A program made the position numbers and the translations under genes. DNA of 64,000 bases from the NCBI RefSeq assembly GCF_003217515.1, contig NZ_QJSX01000004.1, positions 249,140-313,139 on the forward strand, read 5' to 3'. Position 1 is the stretch's first letter. Each line of letters opens with the position of its first letter. Source of the DNA: Deinococcus yavapaiensis KR-236. Its GTDB lineage: Bacteria; Deinococcota; Deinococci; Deinococcales; Deinococcaceae. Below, in pieces: positions 1 to 11,140 of the stretch. The notes beneath the pieces were generated by a model. The model worked only from the letters and a program-made list of their open reading frames with translations. It was not told where the DNA came from and did no database searches.

Positions 1-170
1 GTCAAGGGCAGACCGCCTTGCTGGCCGTCTCGGTGCGTCGTCTCGGTCGTCCACACGCTCGTCGGAAGGCTTTCGGGACGCTCCTTCCAAACGAAGCGAG
101 GAAAGGACTGAGCGGGAAAGGCGTCCGGGAAGAGGTCCGGTGAGGGCACGTCCTTCACGAGGTTCGTCAT
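1..170 (-). CDS. 5' fragment (N-terminus only) of a DRE-TIM metallolyase family protein (2-isopropylmalate/homocitrate synthase-like); gene continues beyond window start
   Basis: Reverse translation from ATG at 168-170 gives MTNLVKDVPSPDLFPDAFPAQSFPRFVWKERPESLPTSVWTTETTHRDGQQGG; the TTHRDGQQ stretch resembles the D-T-T-L-R-D-G-E-Q signature of LeuA/NifV-type synthases. Only 56 codons visible. Confidence 0.4.
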   Translation of the reverse strand, partial: MTNLVKDVPSPDLFPDAFPAQSFPRFVWKERPESLPTSVWTTETTHRDGQQGGLPL

Positions 171-188
171 AGCGGCATCGTCCGTCAC

Positions 189-223
189 TTGACGGTTTGC
201 GTCAATCTTGATTCGCGAATCAA
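189..223. promoter_or_regulatory. Two adjacent palindromes (TTGACGgtttgCGTCAA at 189-205 and perfect 16-bp TTGATTCGCGAATCAA at 208-223) in the divergent promoter region, ending 15 bp before the ATG of the HTH-citrate-synthase-like gene; candidate operator sites
   Basis: Seen directly in sequence; both share TTGA...TCAA half-sites; a TATTAA -10-like hexamer follows at 225-230. Confidence 0.5.
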
Positions 224-238
224 TATTAAGCTGAAGGC

Positions 239-1441
239 ATGACCTCCTGGATCTCCGCCGCCGAAGCCACCGAGCGCCTCGGCGTGAACAAAGCGACGCT
301 GTACGCCTACGTCAGTCGCGGCCTCGTACGCTCGCGAGCGGCGGGCGGTACGACCCGCGCCCGAACCTACGCCGCCGACGACATCGCGACCCTCGTCCGT
401 CGCAAGGAGGATCGGCGCGAACCTCAACGCGTCGCGCGCACCGCGCTCGACTGGGGCTCGCCCGTCCTGGAATCCGAGTTGACCCTCATCGCCGACGACC
501 GCCTGTTCTACCGAGGAATGGACGCGACCGAGCTCGCGCGGTTCGCGAGCGTCGAGGAGGTCGCGGGCCTCTTGTGGTCGGGCGAGCTTCGCGCGCCGCC
601 GCTGCCGCTGCACGCCCAGCTCGCCCTGGTGCCCCTGCCTTCGGGCGCGCACCTCCTCGAAGCGTTCGGGCACGCCCTCACGCACGCCGGAGCGCACGAC
701 CTGCAAGCCGGCTTCACACGCGCCGACGACCTGCCGAAAAGCGCGGCCCGCGTGCTCGCGCTGTTGTACGCCACCGTCGAGCGCTTCGAGCGCGTTCCGC
801 CCGCGCCGGACTTGCCGCTTCACCGTCGCCTCGCGCGCGCGCTGGGACGCGGCGATGATCGAAGCGCGGATCTCGTACGCCGAGCCCTCGTTCTCACGGC
901 GGATCACGAGCTCAACGTCTCGAGCTTCACCGCGCGATGCGTCGCGTCGAGCGGGGCGAGCGTGCACCACGCCGCCCTCGCCGGCTTGTGCGCCTTGCAG
1001 GGCGTGCGGCACGGACTGGCGACCGAACTCGCCTTCGACCTGCTCGCCGACGCGGGCGAAGGGCGCCCGCGTGACGCGCTACGACGCGCCACGCGGCGTC
1101 ACGGCTCGCCTCCCGGCTTCGGCCACACCCTCTACCCGAACGGCGACCCACGAGCGAAGGCGCTTGTGGACGTCATCGAAGACGATTTTCGAGACGAGCC
1201 GATCGTCCGCGTCGGCCGCGAGGTCGCCGAGATCGCGCACACCGAACTCGGCCTGCATCCCAACGTGGACTTCGCCTTGAGCCTCGCCGCTCACGTCTTG
1301 AAGCGAGGCGCACTCGACGGAGTCGCCTTGTTCGCCCTCGGTCGGACGGTCGGTTGGCTCGCGCACGCCATCGAGGCGGCGAGAAGCCAAGCCCTCATTC
1401 GACCGCGCGCGAAGTACGTCGGGCCGCTTCCAAACCGATGA
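239..1441 (+). CDS. Helix-turn-helix (MerR/excisionase-type) domain fused to citrate synthase-like domain protein
   Basis: N-terminus MTSWISAAEATERLGVNKATLYAYVSRGLVRS is a classic HTH; the C-terminal two-thirds carries citrate-synthase motifs (GFGHTLYPNGDPRAKAL, HPNVDFALS, RHG) with the His/His/Asp catalytic residues apparently retained. Confidence 0.8.
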   Translation: MTSWISAAEATERLGVNKATLYAYVSRGLVRSRAAGGTTRARTYAADDIATLVRRKEDRREPQRVARTALDWGSPVLESELTLIADDRLFYRGMDATELARFASVEEVAGLLWSGELRAPPLPLHAQLALVPLPSGAHLLEAFGHALTHAGAHDLQAGFTRADDLPKSAARVLALLYATVERFERVPPAPDLPLHRRLARALGRGDDRSADLVRRALVLTADHELNVSSFTARCVASSGASVHHAALAGLCALQGVRHGLATELAFDLLADAGEGRPRDALRRATRRHGSPPGFGHTLYPNGDPRAKALVDVIEDDFRDEPIVRVGREVAEIAHTELGLHPNVDFALSLAAHVLKRGALDGVALFALGRTVGWLAHAIEAARSQALIRPRAKYVGPLPNR

Positions 1442-1530
1442 ACGTTCGAGAGATACGCGGTCCATGTCACTCGTACCGCGCAGAATCGACGTCATCGACG
1501 CCGCTCGTAAGACGCCGTCGATGATGAATC

Positions 1531-1565
1531 ACGAAAAGCCCCTCTCCCTTGATAGGAGAGGGGCC
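1531..1565 (-). terminator. Rho-independent terminator downstream of acyl-CoA dehydrogenase gene
   Basis: Hairpin GCCCCTCTCC-cttgat-AGGAGAGGGGC followed on the minus strand by TTTTCGTG. Confidence 0.6.
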
Positions 1566-1579
1566 ACGCGGTGAGGAGA

Positions 1580-3361
1580 TTACGCTCTCGGCGCCGGGTA
1601 GGCTTGCGCTTCCAGCACGGCCTTCGTGATGTGACGGCGCAGGCGGATGGTGTTGAGCATCTCGTGTTTCGTGAAGCGCTTGACGGCGCTCAGCATCACG
1701 CGCAGATCGTCGCCGTCGGCGATCATGCCGAGGGCTTCGCGGGCGAGCGTGGCGACCTTCTCGGCGGCTTCGTACGTGTAGACCTGCGTCATCTCGACTT
1801 GCAGTTCGGGGTTGCCGAGCTTGCGCGTGCGCAAGACGGCGGACTCGGCGGCGAAGGCGAGCATGGCGATGTCGGCGACGCGCATCAGGATTTCCTGACG
1901 GCTTTCGAGTTGCGGCCCGTATTTCATGGCGGCGGCCCCGGAGACGAGCAGGGCGACCTTCTTGAGATTCGCCGTCACCTTCGTCTCGGCGGCGAGCGGC
2001 GTCTCGTCCTCGTCCTCGTCGAAGGAGAACTCCATCAATTCCGACTGGAGCTTTTGGGCGGCTTGCATGAGCGGCAATTCGCCCTTCATGGCGCGCTTGA
2101 GCAGCATGCCGGGAATGAGAAGGCGGTTGATCTCGTTCGTGCCTTCGAAGATGCGGTTGATGCGGCTGTCACGGTAGGCGCGCTCGATGGCGTACTCCTC
2201 GGAGTATCCGACGCCGCCGTGGATCTGCAGGCCCTCGTCGACCGCGTAGTCGAGAAGTTCGGAGCCGAGCACCTTGATCATGGACGCTTCGACGGCGTAC
2301 TCCTCGATCGCCTTGAGCTTGTCCGTGCCGCCGTCGATGGCCGCGTCGATGAGGCCGACGATGCGGTACAGGGCGCTCTCGACGGCGTAGGTGCGCAGGG
2401 CGATGTTGGCGAGCTTTTCTTGCACCGCGCCGAAGTTGGCGATGGGCTGACCGAACTGCTCGCGTTCGAGCGCGTACCGCGTGGAGATGGCCAAAGCGTC
2501 CTTCGCGCCGCCGACGCCGCCCGCGCCGAGCTTGTAGCGCCCGACATTGAGGATGTTGAAGGCGATCTTGGCGCCCGCACCGACGCCGCCGAGCAAGTTC
2601 TCGGCGGGGACTTTCACGTTGTCGAGGCGCAGCACGACCGTGGAGGACGAGCGAATGCCCATCTTGTGCTCTTCGGCGCCCGTGGAGACCCCCTCGAAGG
2701 CGCGTTCGACCAAAAAGGCGCTGAGCTTGTTGCCCTGCTCGGTCTTGACTTGCGCGAAGACGGTGTAGAGGTCGGCGATGCCGCCGTTGGAAATCCACAT
2801 CTTCGAGCCGTTGAGGGTGTAGTACGTGCCGTCCTCGGACAAGACGGCGGTCGTCTTGGCGGCTTGCGCGTCCGAGCCACTGCTCGGCTCGGTGAGGCAG
2901 TACGCGGCGATCATCTCGGCGGAGGCGAGCTTGGGCAGGTACTTCGCCTTTTGCGCGTCGTTGCCGAAGTACACGGTGGGGAGACTTCCGATGGATTGGT
3001 GCGCGCCGTACGTCACGGCGAAGCCGCCCGTCTGGCTGAACTTCTCGGCGATCACGAGGCTCGCGGTTTTCGGAAGGTCGAGCCCGCCGTATTCCTCGGG
3101 CACTTCGACGGCGGTGAGGCCGAGTTCGCCCGCTTGCTTGAGGAGTTTGGCGTTGAGGCCTTCGTGCTTGGCCTCGAGGTCCTTGATGACGGGCATCACT
3201 TCGCCTTGAATGAACGCCTCGGTGACCTCGCCGATTTGGCGCAGGGTGTCGTCCATGTCTTCGGGCGTGTAGATGTCTTGGGGAGACTGGCTGGCGATGA
3301 GGAACATCCCACCCTTGAACACGTTCTTGGACTCGCTCGCCTTGTCTTGCAATACGGTCAT
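1580..3361 (-). CDS. Acyl-CoA dehydrogenase (long, FadE-like, with C-terminal domain)
   Basis: ACAD family sequence throughout; start chosen at MTVLQDKASE, preceded by GGAGGAAAACC RBS; upstream TATACT -10-like box. Confidence 0.85.
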   Translation of the reverse strand: MTVLQDKASESKNVFKGGMFLIASQSPQDIYTPEDMDDTLRQIGEVTEAFIQGEVMPVIKDLEAKHEGLNAKLLKQAGELGLTAVEVPEEYGGLDLPKTASLVIAEKFSQTGGFAVTYGAHQSIGSLPTVYFGNDAQKAKYLPKLASAEMIAAYCLTEPSSGSDAQAAKTTAVLSEDGTYYTLNGSKMWISNGGIADLYTVFAQVKTEQGNKLSAFLVERAFEGVSTGAEEHKMGIRSSSTVVLRLDNVKVPAENLLGGVGAGAKIAFNILNVGRYKLGAGGVGGAKDALAISTRYALEREQFGQPIANFGAVQEKLANIALRTYAVESALYRIVGLIDAAIDGGTDKLKAIEEYAVEASMIKVLGSELLDYAVDEGLQIHGGVGYSEEYAIERAYRDSRINRIFEGTNEINRLLIPGMLLKRAMKGELPLMQAAQKLQSELMEFSFDEDEDETPLAAETKVTANLKKVALLVSGAAAMKYGPQLESRQEILMRVADIAMLAFAAESAVLRTRKLGNPELQVEMTQVYTYEAAEKVATLAREALGMIADGDDLRVMLSAVKRFTKHEMLNTIRLRRHITKAVLEAQAYPAPRA

Positions 3362-3452
3362 GGTTTTCCTCCGCGTTGGAATATTGGACTCAGTATAAGC
3401 AAACGGGCGAGCGTTTGGGTAGGTCCCCAATCAGCGAACGGCGAACGAGGCC

Positions 3453-3484
3453 ACAAAAAGAAGCCTCCCCGATCAGGGGAGGTG
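3453..3484 (-). terminator. Rho-independent terminator of the small hydrophilic protein gene
   Basis: Hairpin GCCTCCCC-gatc-AGGGGAGG with a T-run on the minus strand (CTTCTTTTTGTGG). Confidence 0.6.
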
Positions 3485-3529
3485 GCAATCAAAGCCGAGG
3501 GAACCGTTCACACGTCGCCTGCGCCGTCG

Positions 3530-3772
3530 TCAGTCGCGGTTAGAAGCTTTTTCGCCGGGCAGGTCGTTCCCGGTTTTGCGTCCCAAATTCTGGTCTTCAT
3601 CGGGGAAAGTGAAGTCGTTTCCGGATTCCTCGGGAATCGTCCCTCCGTTTTGTTCGTCCTGCTTGCGAAGCTGGTGAACTTCCGAATCCATCTGTTTTTC
3701 GACTTCGTTGTTGCGCCCCGAGAACCCACTGCGGTGCGATTCCGAGCGCGGCTTGTCGTATTGATCGGCCAT
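3530..3772 (-). CDS. Small hydrophilic, probably intrinsically disordered protein (stress-protein-like), 80 aa
   Basis: ORF MADQYDKPRSESHRSGFSGRNNEVEKQMD...; AGGAG RBS 6 nt upstream; markedly lower GC (about 50%) than surroundings; own terminator. Confidence 0.6.
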   Translation of the reverse strand: MADQYDKPRSESHRSGFSGRNNEVEKQMDSEVHQLRKQDEQNGGTIPEESGNDFTFPDEDQNLGRKTGNDLPGEKASNRD

Positions 3773-3893
3773 TGGGCTCCTTTCGTCGCGTCGCGACTGA
3801 GTGGCCCTAGAATGCGCCGTTCGAGCGAGCGGACGGCCAGAAGCGCGTGAACGAACCTTCACGACCGCTCGTGATTTGTTACACTTTCAGCAA

Positions 3894-4283
<390 letters not shown>

Positions 4284-4284
4284 T

Positions 4285-4746
4285 TCAGGGCAGCCAAACG
4301 AACGCGATCAGCGCGCACAATACGCCCAGGATGGCGCCGACGGCGACTTCCAGGTACGTGTGGCCGAGCAGGACGCGCAGCGGTCGGGGAGAGAAGCCTT
4401 CGCGCACGACTTCCCGAAGCTCCTCCAAGAGGTCGTTGAGCAAGCGCGCCTGCTGTCCGCTGGAGTGCCGCACGCCCGTCGCGTCGTACATGATGATGAG
4501 GCTGAACACGACGGCCACTCCAAACAGCGGACTCGACAACCCTTGGGTGAGGCCGATGCCGGTGGAGAGCGAGACGACCATCGCCGTGTGACTCGACGGC
4601 ATCCCGCCCGTCTCCAGGAACTTGTCGGGGGCCCAGCGGCGCTCCACGAGCAAAATCAAAAGCACCTTGAGGATCTGCGCCGTGACGTTCGCGAGGAGCG
4701 CCGTCCACAGCCAGCGGTTCGACAACAGTTCCTCGAAGCCGTTCAG
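4285..4746 (-). CDS. Divergent PAP2 family membrane protein (DUF212-like); start uncertain
   Basis: Family-typical hydrophobic N-terminus (LSNRWLWTALLANVTAQILKVLLILLV, EELLSNR... onwards) and a PSSH motif; no canonical ATG/GTG/TTG between the folD stop and the conserved N-terminus. GGAGGTGA RBS followed by CTG, so a CTG start or a start overlapping folD is likely. Confidence 0.6.
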   Translation of the reverse strand: MNGFEELLSNRWLWTALLANVTAQILKVLLILLVERRWAPDKFLETGGMPSSHTAMVVSLSTGIGLTQGLSSPLFGVAVVFSLIIMYDATGVRHSSGQQARLLNDLLEELREVVREGFSPRPLRVLLGHTYLEVAVGAILGVLCALIAFVWLP

Positions 4747-5606
4747 GGCGTCACCTCCGCCTTCCTTTGCAGTTCGGCGGCCGACACGGTGTTGGCGAGA
4801 AGCTGCGCGACCGTCATGGGTCCCACGCCGCCCGGAACGGGCGTGAGGGCCGCCGCGACCTCGCCCACGTCCGGACGGACGTCGCCGAACACGCGGCTCT
4901 TGCCGTCCGGCAGGCGCTCCCAAGTGTTGCCGACGTCCACGACGACCGCGCCGGGCTTCACCATGTCGGGCGTCACGAGGTGCTTGCGGCCCACGGCGAC
5001 GAGCAGCACGTCCGCGCCCCTCGTGACGTCAGCGAGGTTCGGCGTGCGCGAGTGCGCGACCGTGACCGTGGCGTTGGCGCGGAGCAGCAAGGCCGCGAGC
5101 GGTTTGCCGACGATGTTCGAGCGGCCCACGATGACGACGCTCTTTCCGGCGACGTCCACGTCGTAGTGCCTCAGCATCGCTATCACGCCTTGCGGCGTGC
5201 ACGGCGGCAGGGCGTCCCCGCCCGACCACAGTCGCCCGACGTTCACGGGGTGAAAGCCGTCCACGTCCTTGAGCGGATCGATCGCCTCCAGCACGCGCGT
5301 CTCGTCCACGTGCCTCGGCAGGGGAAGCTGCACGAGGATTCCGCTCGCGTCCGAGTCGGAGTTGAGCGCTTCGATGAGCGACAAGAGGTCGGCTTGCGTC
5401 GTCTCCTCGGCGAGCGCGTGCACGGTGGATTTCAAACCCAGCTCCTTGGCGCGCTTGTCCTTGAGGCGCACGTAGCTCACGGACGCGGGGTCCTCGCCGA
5501 GGCGAATGACGTGCAAGTGCGGCACGAAGCCCAACGCCGCGATGCGCGCGCGCGCGTCGGAGAGCAAGGCCGCCGACGCCTCGTCGCCGCGCAGGGCGCG
5601 CGCCAT
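4743..5606 (-). CDS. folD: Bifunctional methylenetetrahydrofolate dehydrogenase/cyclohydrolase
   Basis: FolD family sequence (…SYVRLKDKRAKELG…GKSVVIVGRSNIVGKP…); start at MARALRG; 1-nt overlap with nusB stop. Confidence 0.9.
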   Translation of the reverse strand: MARALRGDEASAALLSDARARIAALGFVPHLHVIRLGEDPASVSYVRLKDKRAKELGLKSTVHALAEETTQADLLSLIEALNSDSDASGILVQLPLPRHVDETRVLEAIDPLKDVDGFHPVNVGRLWSGGDALPPCTPQGVIAMLRHYDVDVAGKSVVIVGRSNIVGKPLAALLLRANATVTVAHSRTPNLADVTRGADVLLVAVGRKHLVTPDMVKPGAVVVDVGNTWERLPDGKSRVFGDVRPDVGEVAAALTPVPGGVGPMTVAQLLANTVSAAELQRKAEVTP

Positions 5607-6085
5607 CAAGCGTCCCTCGGCTTCTCGCCCGCGTCCCGACCGAGGGTACGCAGCACGCTGGCCAGCACGCCGTTCACGAACCGGCCCGACTCGTCCCCGC
5701 CGAACTTGCGGGCGATGCGAACCGCCGACTCGATGATCGGCACGGGCGGTTGTTCCACGTCGAGCAATTCCGACGTCGCGAGACGCAAGATGTTGAGGTC
5801 CGTCTGCGCGAGTTGCCCGAAACTCCAACCGTGGATGGTGCGGTGCAGCACCTCGTCGACGTCGTGCCGCCGCGCCTCGAAGGTCTCGACGAGTTCACGC
5901 GCGAACGTCAGCGTGTCCGCGTCGAGCGCCGCGTGAAGATCGCCGCCCGTGCGCATCGCGCCCTCGGCGCGCGTCAACGCCTCTGCGAGCGGCAAGCCGC
6001 CCTGCGCCGACTCGAAGATCACCTGAAAGGCGAATTCGCGCGCCGCGCGCCGTCCCGACGCGGGCCCGGTGTCGCGTCGTCGCAT
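5606..6085 (-). CDS. nusB: Transcription antitermination factor NusB
   Basis: NusB family sequence; ATG one codon after the TTG at the ORF start. Confidence 0.85.
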   Translation of the reverse strand: MRRRDTGPASGRRAAREFAFQVIFESAQGGLPLAEALTRAEGAMRTGGDLHAALDADTLTFARELVETFEARRHDVDEVLHRTIHGWSFGQLAQTDLNILRLATSELLDVEQPPVPIIESAVRIARKFGGDESGRFVNGVLASVLRTLGRDAGEKPRDA

Positions 6086-6423
6086 CAACCCTGCGCTCCC
6101 TTCGGCAACGTCAAGCCTTGAACCGTGACGTTCACGGCCTTCACCTTGAGTCCCGTCATGAGTTCGATGTTCTCGGTCACCGCTTGTTGCGCACCGCGCG
6201 ACAGCGACACGATGTTCTTGCCGTATTCCACGTTGACGCTGACGTCGATGGTGACGCCCGACTCGTCGCGGTTCACCTTCAACGACCGCAGTCGCCCGCG
6301 CGGCGAGCGGTTGAGCACCTCACCGACGTTCATCGGCAAGTTCGTCACTTCCAAGCCCTCGATGCGTTCGAGCGTCGTGCAGGCGATGTCGTACAACACG
6401 TTTTTATTGATGTCGAGTTCCAT
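6085..6423 (-). CDS. Asp23/Gls24 family envelope stress response protein
   Basis: MELDINKNVLYDIACTTLERIEGL... typical alkaline shock protein 23 family; co-directional with nusB/folD. Confidence 0.85.
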   Translation of the reverse strand: MELDINKNVLYDIACTTLERIEGLEVTNLPMNVGEVLNRSPRGRLRSLKVNRDESGVTIDVSVNVEYGKNIVSLSRGAQQAVTENIELMTGLKVKAVNVTVQGLTLPKGAQG

Positions 6424-6441
6424 AACTCCTCCAAGTGGAGC

Positions 6442-8451
<2,010 letters not shown>

Positions 8452-8468
8452 TTACCAGGCGCTTCCCT

Positions 8469-9932
8469 TCAGGTCGGTACGTGGAGACGCTCAAGGTCCC
8501 TTCGCGTTCGGTAGAGAGCGAACTCGGCGGCGGCGGGCAACGCCGCGACCGCGTCGCCTCGGGGCCGCAAAGCGTCCATCGCCTCCTCCAAGCTGGCGTA
8601 CAGCCCGGCGGCGGGCATCGCGAGAATCGCCGCGCCGTGCGCCGCGCCCGGCTCGTGCGACGGTCGCCGCACCGCTTTGTCGAGCGCTCCGGAGACGAGG
8701 CCGAGCCACAAGTCGCTTCGCGCGCCGCCGCCCGTGGCGAGCAGGGTCTCGACGTGCGACAAAGGCCGCATGACGTCGAAGGCGTCCGCGAGGCTGAACG
8801 CGACGCCTTCCAGCACCGCCCGAGTGAGGTGACCGCGCTCGTGCGCGAGGCTCAGCCCGCTCCACGAGCCTCGCAACGCCGGATCCATCCACGGGCTTCG
8901 CTCGCCCGCCAAGTACGGCAGGAACGTCACGCCCTGTGAAGAGCCTACGCCGCGCGCTTCTTCCAGCAAGGTCTCCAAGCTCGCTTCGGGCGCGATCTTG
9001 TCCTTGAGCCACTGCAAGGCGCCCGCCGCGCTGAGGGTCACGCCGAGCAGGTGGTAGCCGCCGTCCGCGTGTGCGAACAGGTGCACGCGCCCCTCGGGGT
9101 CGGGCGTCGCGTCGGAGAGCGGCGCGAAGATCACGCCGCTCGTGCCGAGGCTGACGCTGCCGACGTCTCGCCGCGAGGACGTGAGTCCCAACCCGACGCC
9201 CGCCGCCGCGTTGTCACCGCCGCCCGCTACGACGAGCAAGCCGCGAGGCAACCCGCAAGCTTGCGCCACCGCGTCCGACAGCGTCCCGACAACTTCATGC
9301 GACGCGATCACGTCCGGAAAGAGCGAGGCGTCGAGGTCGAGCGCCGAGAGGACGTCTCGGTCCCACGACTTGCTCGCGAGGTGCAAGGCGCCCACCCCGG
9401 AGGCGTCGCTCGGTTCCGTACGCTTTTGCCCGGTCAGCACGAAGCCGAGGTAGTCTTTCGGCAGCAGGGCGCAGCGCAAGCGAGCGAACGCTTGAGGCTC
9501 CTCGTCGCGAAGCCACAGAATCTTCGGAAGCTGGAAGCCCGCCACGGCGCGGTTGCCGGTGCGGGCCACGAGCTCGGCCCTCGAAACGCGCGCCTCGATC
9601 GCCTCGACTTGCGCGCCCGTTCGCGCGTCGTTCCATAGCATCGCGGGGCGGATGACGTCGCCGCCGCCGTCGAGCGGAACGAGGCCGTGCATCTGCCCGG
9701 AGAGACCCAGGGCGAGCGGGACGCGGCCGTCCAAGTTCGACGCGACGTCACGCAGGGCCTCGGTCGCTCCGCGCACCCAGTCCGACGGGTCTTGCTGCGT
9801 CCACCCCGGGCGCGGCGTGTGCAGCGGATAGCTTCTCGTCGCCTCGGCGATCACCTCGCCGCGCCTCGTCAAGGCGACGACCTTCACGCCGCTCGTGCCG
9901 ACGTCCACGCCCAGCGTGACGCCTTCGGTCAC
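8469..9932 (-). CDS. xylB: Xylulokinase (FGGY carbohydrate kinase)
   Basis: FGGY kinase motifs ([11 protein letters not shown]...); 4-nt overlap with xylA stop. Confidence 0.85.
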   Translation of the reverse strand: MTEGVTLGVDVGTSGVKVVALTRRGEVIAEATRSYPLHTPRPGWTQQDPSDWVRGATEALRDVASNLDGRVPLALGLSGQMHGLVPLDGGGDVIRPAMLWNDARTGAQVEAIEARVSRAELVARTGNRAVAGFQLPKILWLRDEEPQAFARLRCALLPKDYLGFVLTGQKRTEPSDASGVGALHLASKSWDRDVLSALDLDASLFPDVIASHEVVGTLSDAVAQACGLPRGLLVVAGGGDNAAAGVGLGLTSSRRDVGSVSLGTSGVIFAPLSDATPDPEGRVHLFAHADGGYHLLGVTLSAAGALQWLKDKIAPEASLETLLEEARGVGSSQGVTFLPYLAGERSPWMDPALRGSWSGLSLAHERGHLTRAVLEGVAFSLADAFDVMRPLSHVETLLATGGGARSDLWLGLVSGALDKAVRRPSHEPGAAHGAAILAMPAAGLYASLEEAMDALRPRGDAVAALPAAAEFALYRTRRDLERLHVPT

Positions 9933-11140
9933 AGGGTCGCCTCCGCCTCGCTCGCCGACGAGGAACGAGCGGGTTCGCGCACGCCCAGCAGGAGATCCGT
10001 GACGAGTTGATCGAGGTGCTCCAAGCCCGGCCCGCGCCGCCCGAGTTCTCCACGGTCGAAGGCGCGGCTCTTCAAAGCTTCGGCCTTGTCGCGAGAGTAG
10101 CCCTTCGAGAGGCCTTCGAGTTCGGCGTCACGAACACGGTACGCTTCGATCGCCGCTTGAATTTCGGCGTCCTCGCGAAATTGCCGCACCTTCTCCTTCA
10201 AGACGAGGTAGGTGCGCATACAGCCGCGCGCGAAGGCCCACACGCCCGCCTCGTCCTCGGTGCGCAGCGCGTGCGCGTCGAAGTGCCGAGGGCCGTCGTA
10301 GCCGCTCGTCTCCAGCAAGTACACCGTGAAGAAGGCACTTTTGAGGTTCTCCGCGCCGAACCGCAAGTCCTGATCGAAGCGTCCCATCTTCTGGTCGTTG
10401 AGGTCCACGTGGAACAGCTTGCCCGCGTCGATGGCCTGCGCGATCGCGTGCGGAAACGACAAGCCCGCCATCGTCTCGTGCGCGAACTCGGGATTCACGC
10501 CGAACATCTGGGGTTTGTCGAGCGTCGCGATGAATCCCAGGGCGCTGCCGACCGTGGGCAAGAAGATGTCGCCGCGCGGTTCGTTCGGCTTGGGTTCCAG
10601 CGCGAACTTGTACCCGTAGCCTTGGTCCTCGCTGTACTCGGCGAGGAAGTTCAAGCTGTCGCGAAACCACGACATCGCGTCGAGAAGCTTGCCGCCCGCG
10701 TCGACTTCCGTGCCTTCGCGGCCACCCCAAAAGACGTACGTCTTCGCGCCGAACTCCGCGCCGAGGTCCATGGCGCGCATGGTCTTTTGCAAGGCGTAGG
10801 CGCGCACGCGCGCGTCGGCGGACGTGAACGCGCCGTCTTTGAAGGCGGGGTCCGTGAAGAGGTTGGTGGTCGCCATCGGGACGCACAAACCCGTTTCTTG
10901 GAGCGCGCGACGAAAGCCCTCGACGATGGCGTCGCGTTCCGACGCGCTCGCGTCGATCGGCACGAGGTCGTTGTCGTGGAAGTTCACGCCCCACGCGCCG
11001 AGTTCGGCGAGCTTCGACAAGATGGCGGCAGGGTCGATCGCCGTACGTGTCGGCTCGCCGAACGGGTCGCGCCCGACGTTGCCGACCGTCCACAAGCCGA
11101 ACGTGAACTTGTCGGCGGGCGTGGCTTGAAATGAGCTCAC
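9929..11140 (-). CDS. xylA: Xylose isomerase (class I, short type)
   Basis: (V)[20 protein letters not shown]... hallmark XylA N-terminus; GTG start with GGAGGTGA RBS; the long Arg-rich 5' extension of the track ORF is rejected. Confidence 0.9.
   Translation of the reverse strand: MSSFQATPADKFTFGLWTVGNVGRDPFGEPTRTAIDPAAILSKLAELGAWGVNFHDNDLVPIDASASERDAIVEGFRRALQETGLCVPMATTNLFTDPAFKDGAFTSADARVRAYALQKTMRAMDLGAEFGAKTYVFWGGREGTEVDAGGKLLDAMSWFRDSLNFLAEYSEDQGYGYKFALEPKPNEPRGDIFLPTVGSALGFIATLDKPQMFGVNPEFAHETMAGLSFPHAIAQAIDAGKLFHVDLNDQKMGRFDQDLRFGAENLKSAFFTVYLLETSGYDGPRHFDAHALRTEDEAGVWAFARGCMRTYLVLKEKVRQFREDAEIQAAIEAYRVRDAELEGLSKGYSRDKAEALKSRAFDRGELGRRGPGLEHLDQLVTDLLLGVREPARSSSASEAEATL

Noticed and set aside
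185-1012. 275-aa ORF on the minus strand inside the HTH-citrate-synthase gene
   Set aside because: Antisense shadow ORF typical of high-GC DNA; Arg/Gly/Ala-rich low-complexity product, no RBS, fully overlapped by a well-supported gene.
1571-3850. 759-aa plus-strand ORF
   Set aside because: Antisense to the acyl-CoA dehydrogenase; product is low-complexity (G/R/E/L/V-rich) with no domain signature.
3773-3893. Search for a Deinococcus radiation/desiccation response motif (TTATGTnnnnnACATAA-like palindrome) here and upstream of ligA and ycaQ
   Set aside because: No convincing match found by eye; only weak partial palindromes (CCGTTCG...CGGACGG).
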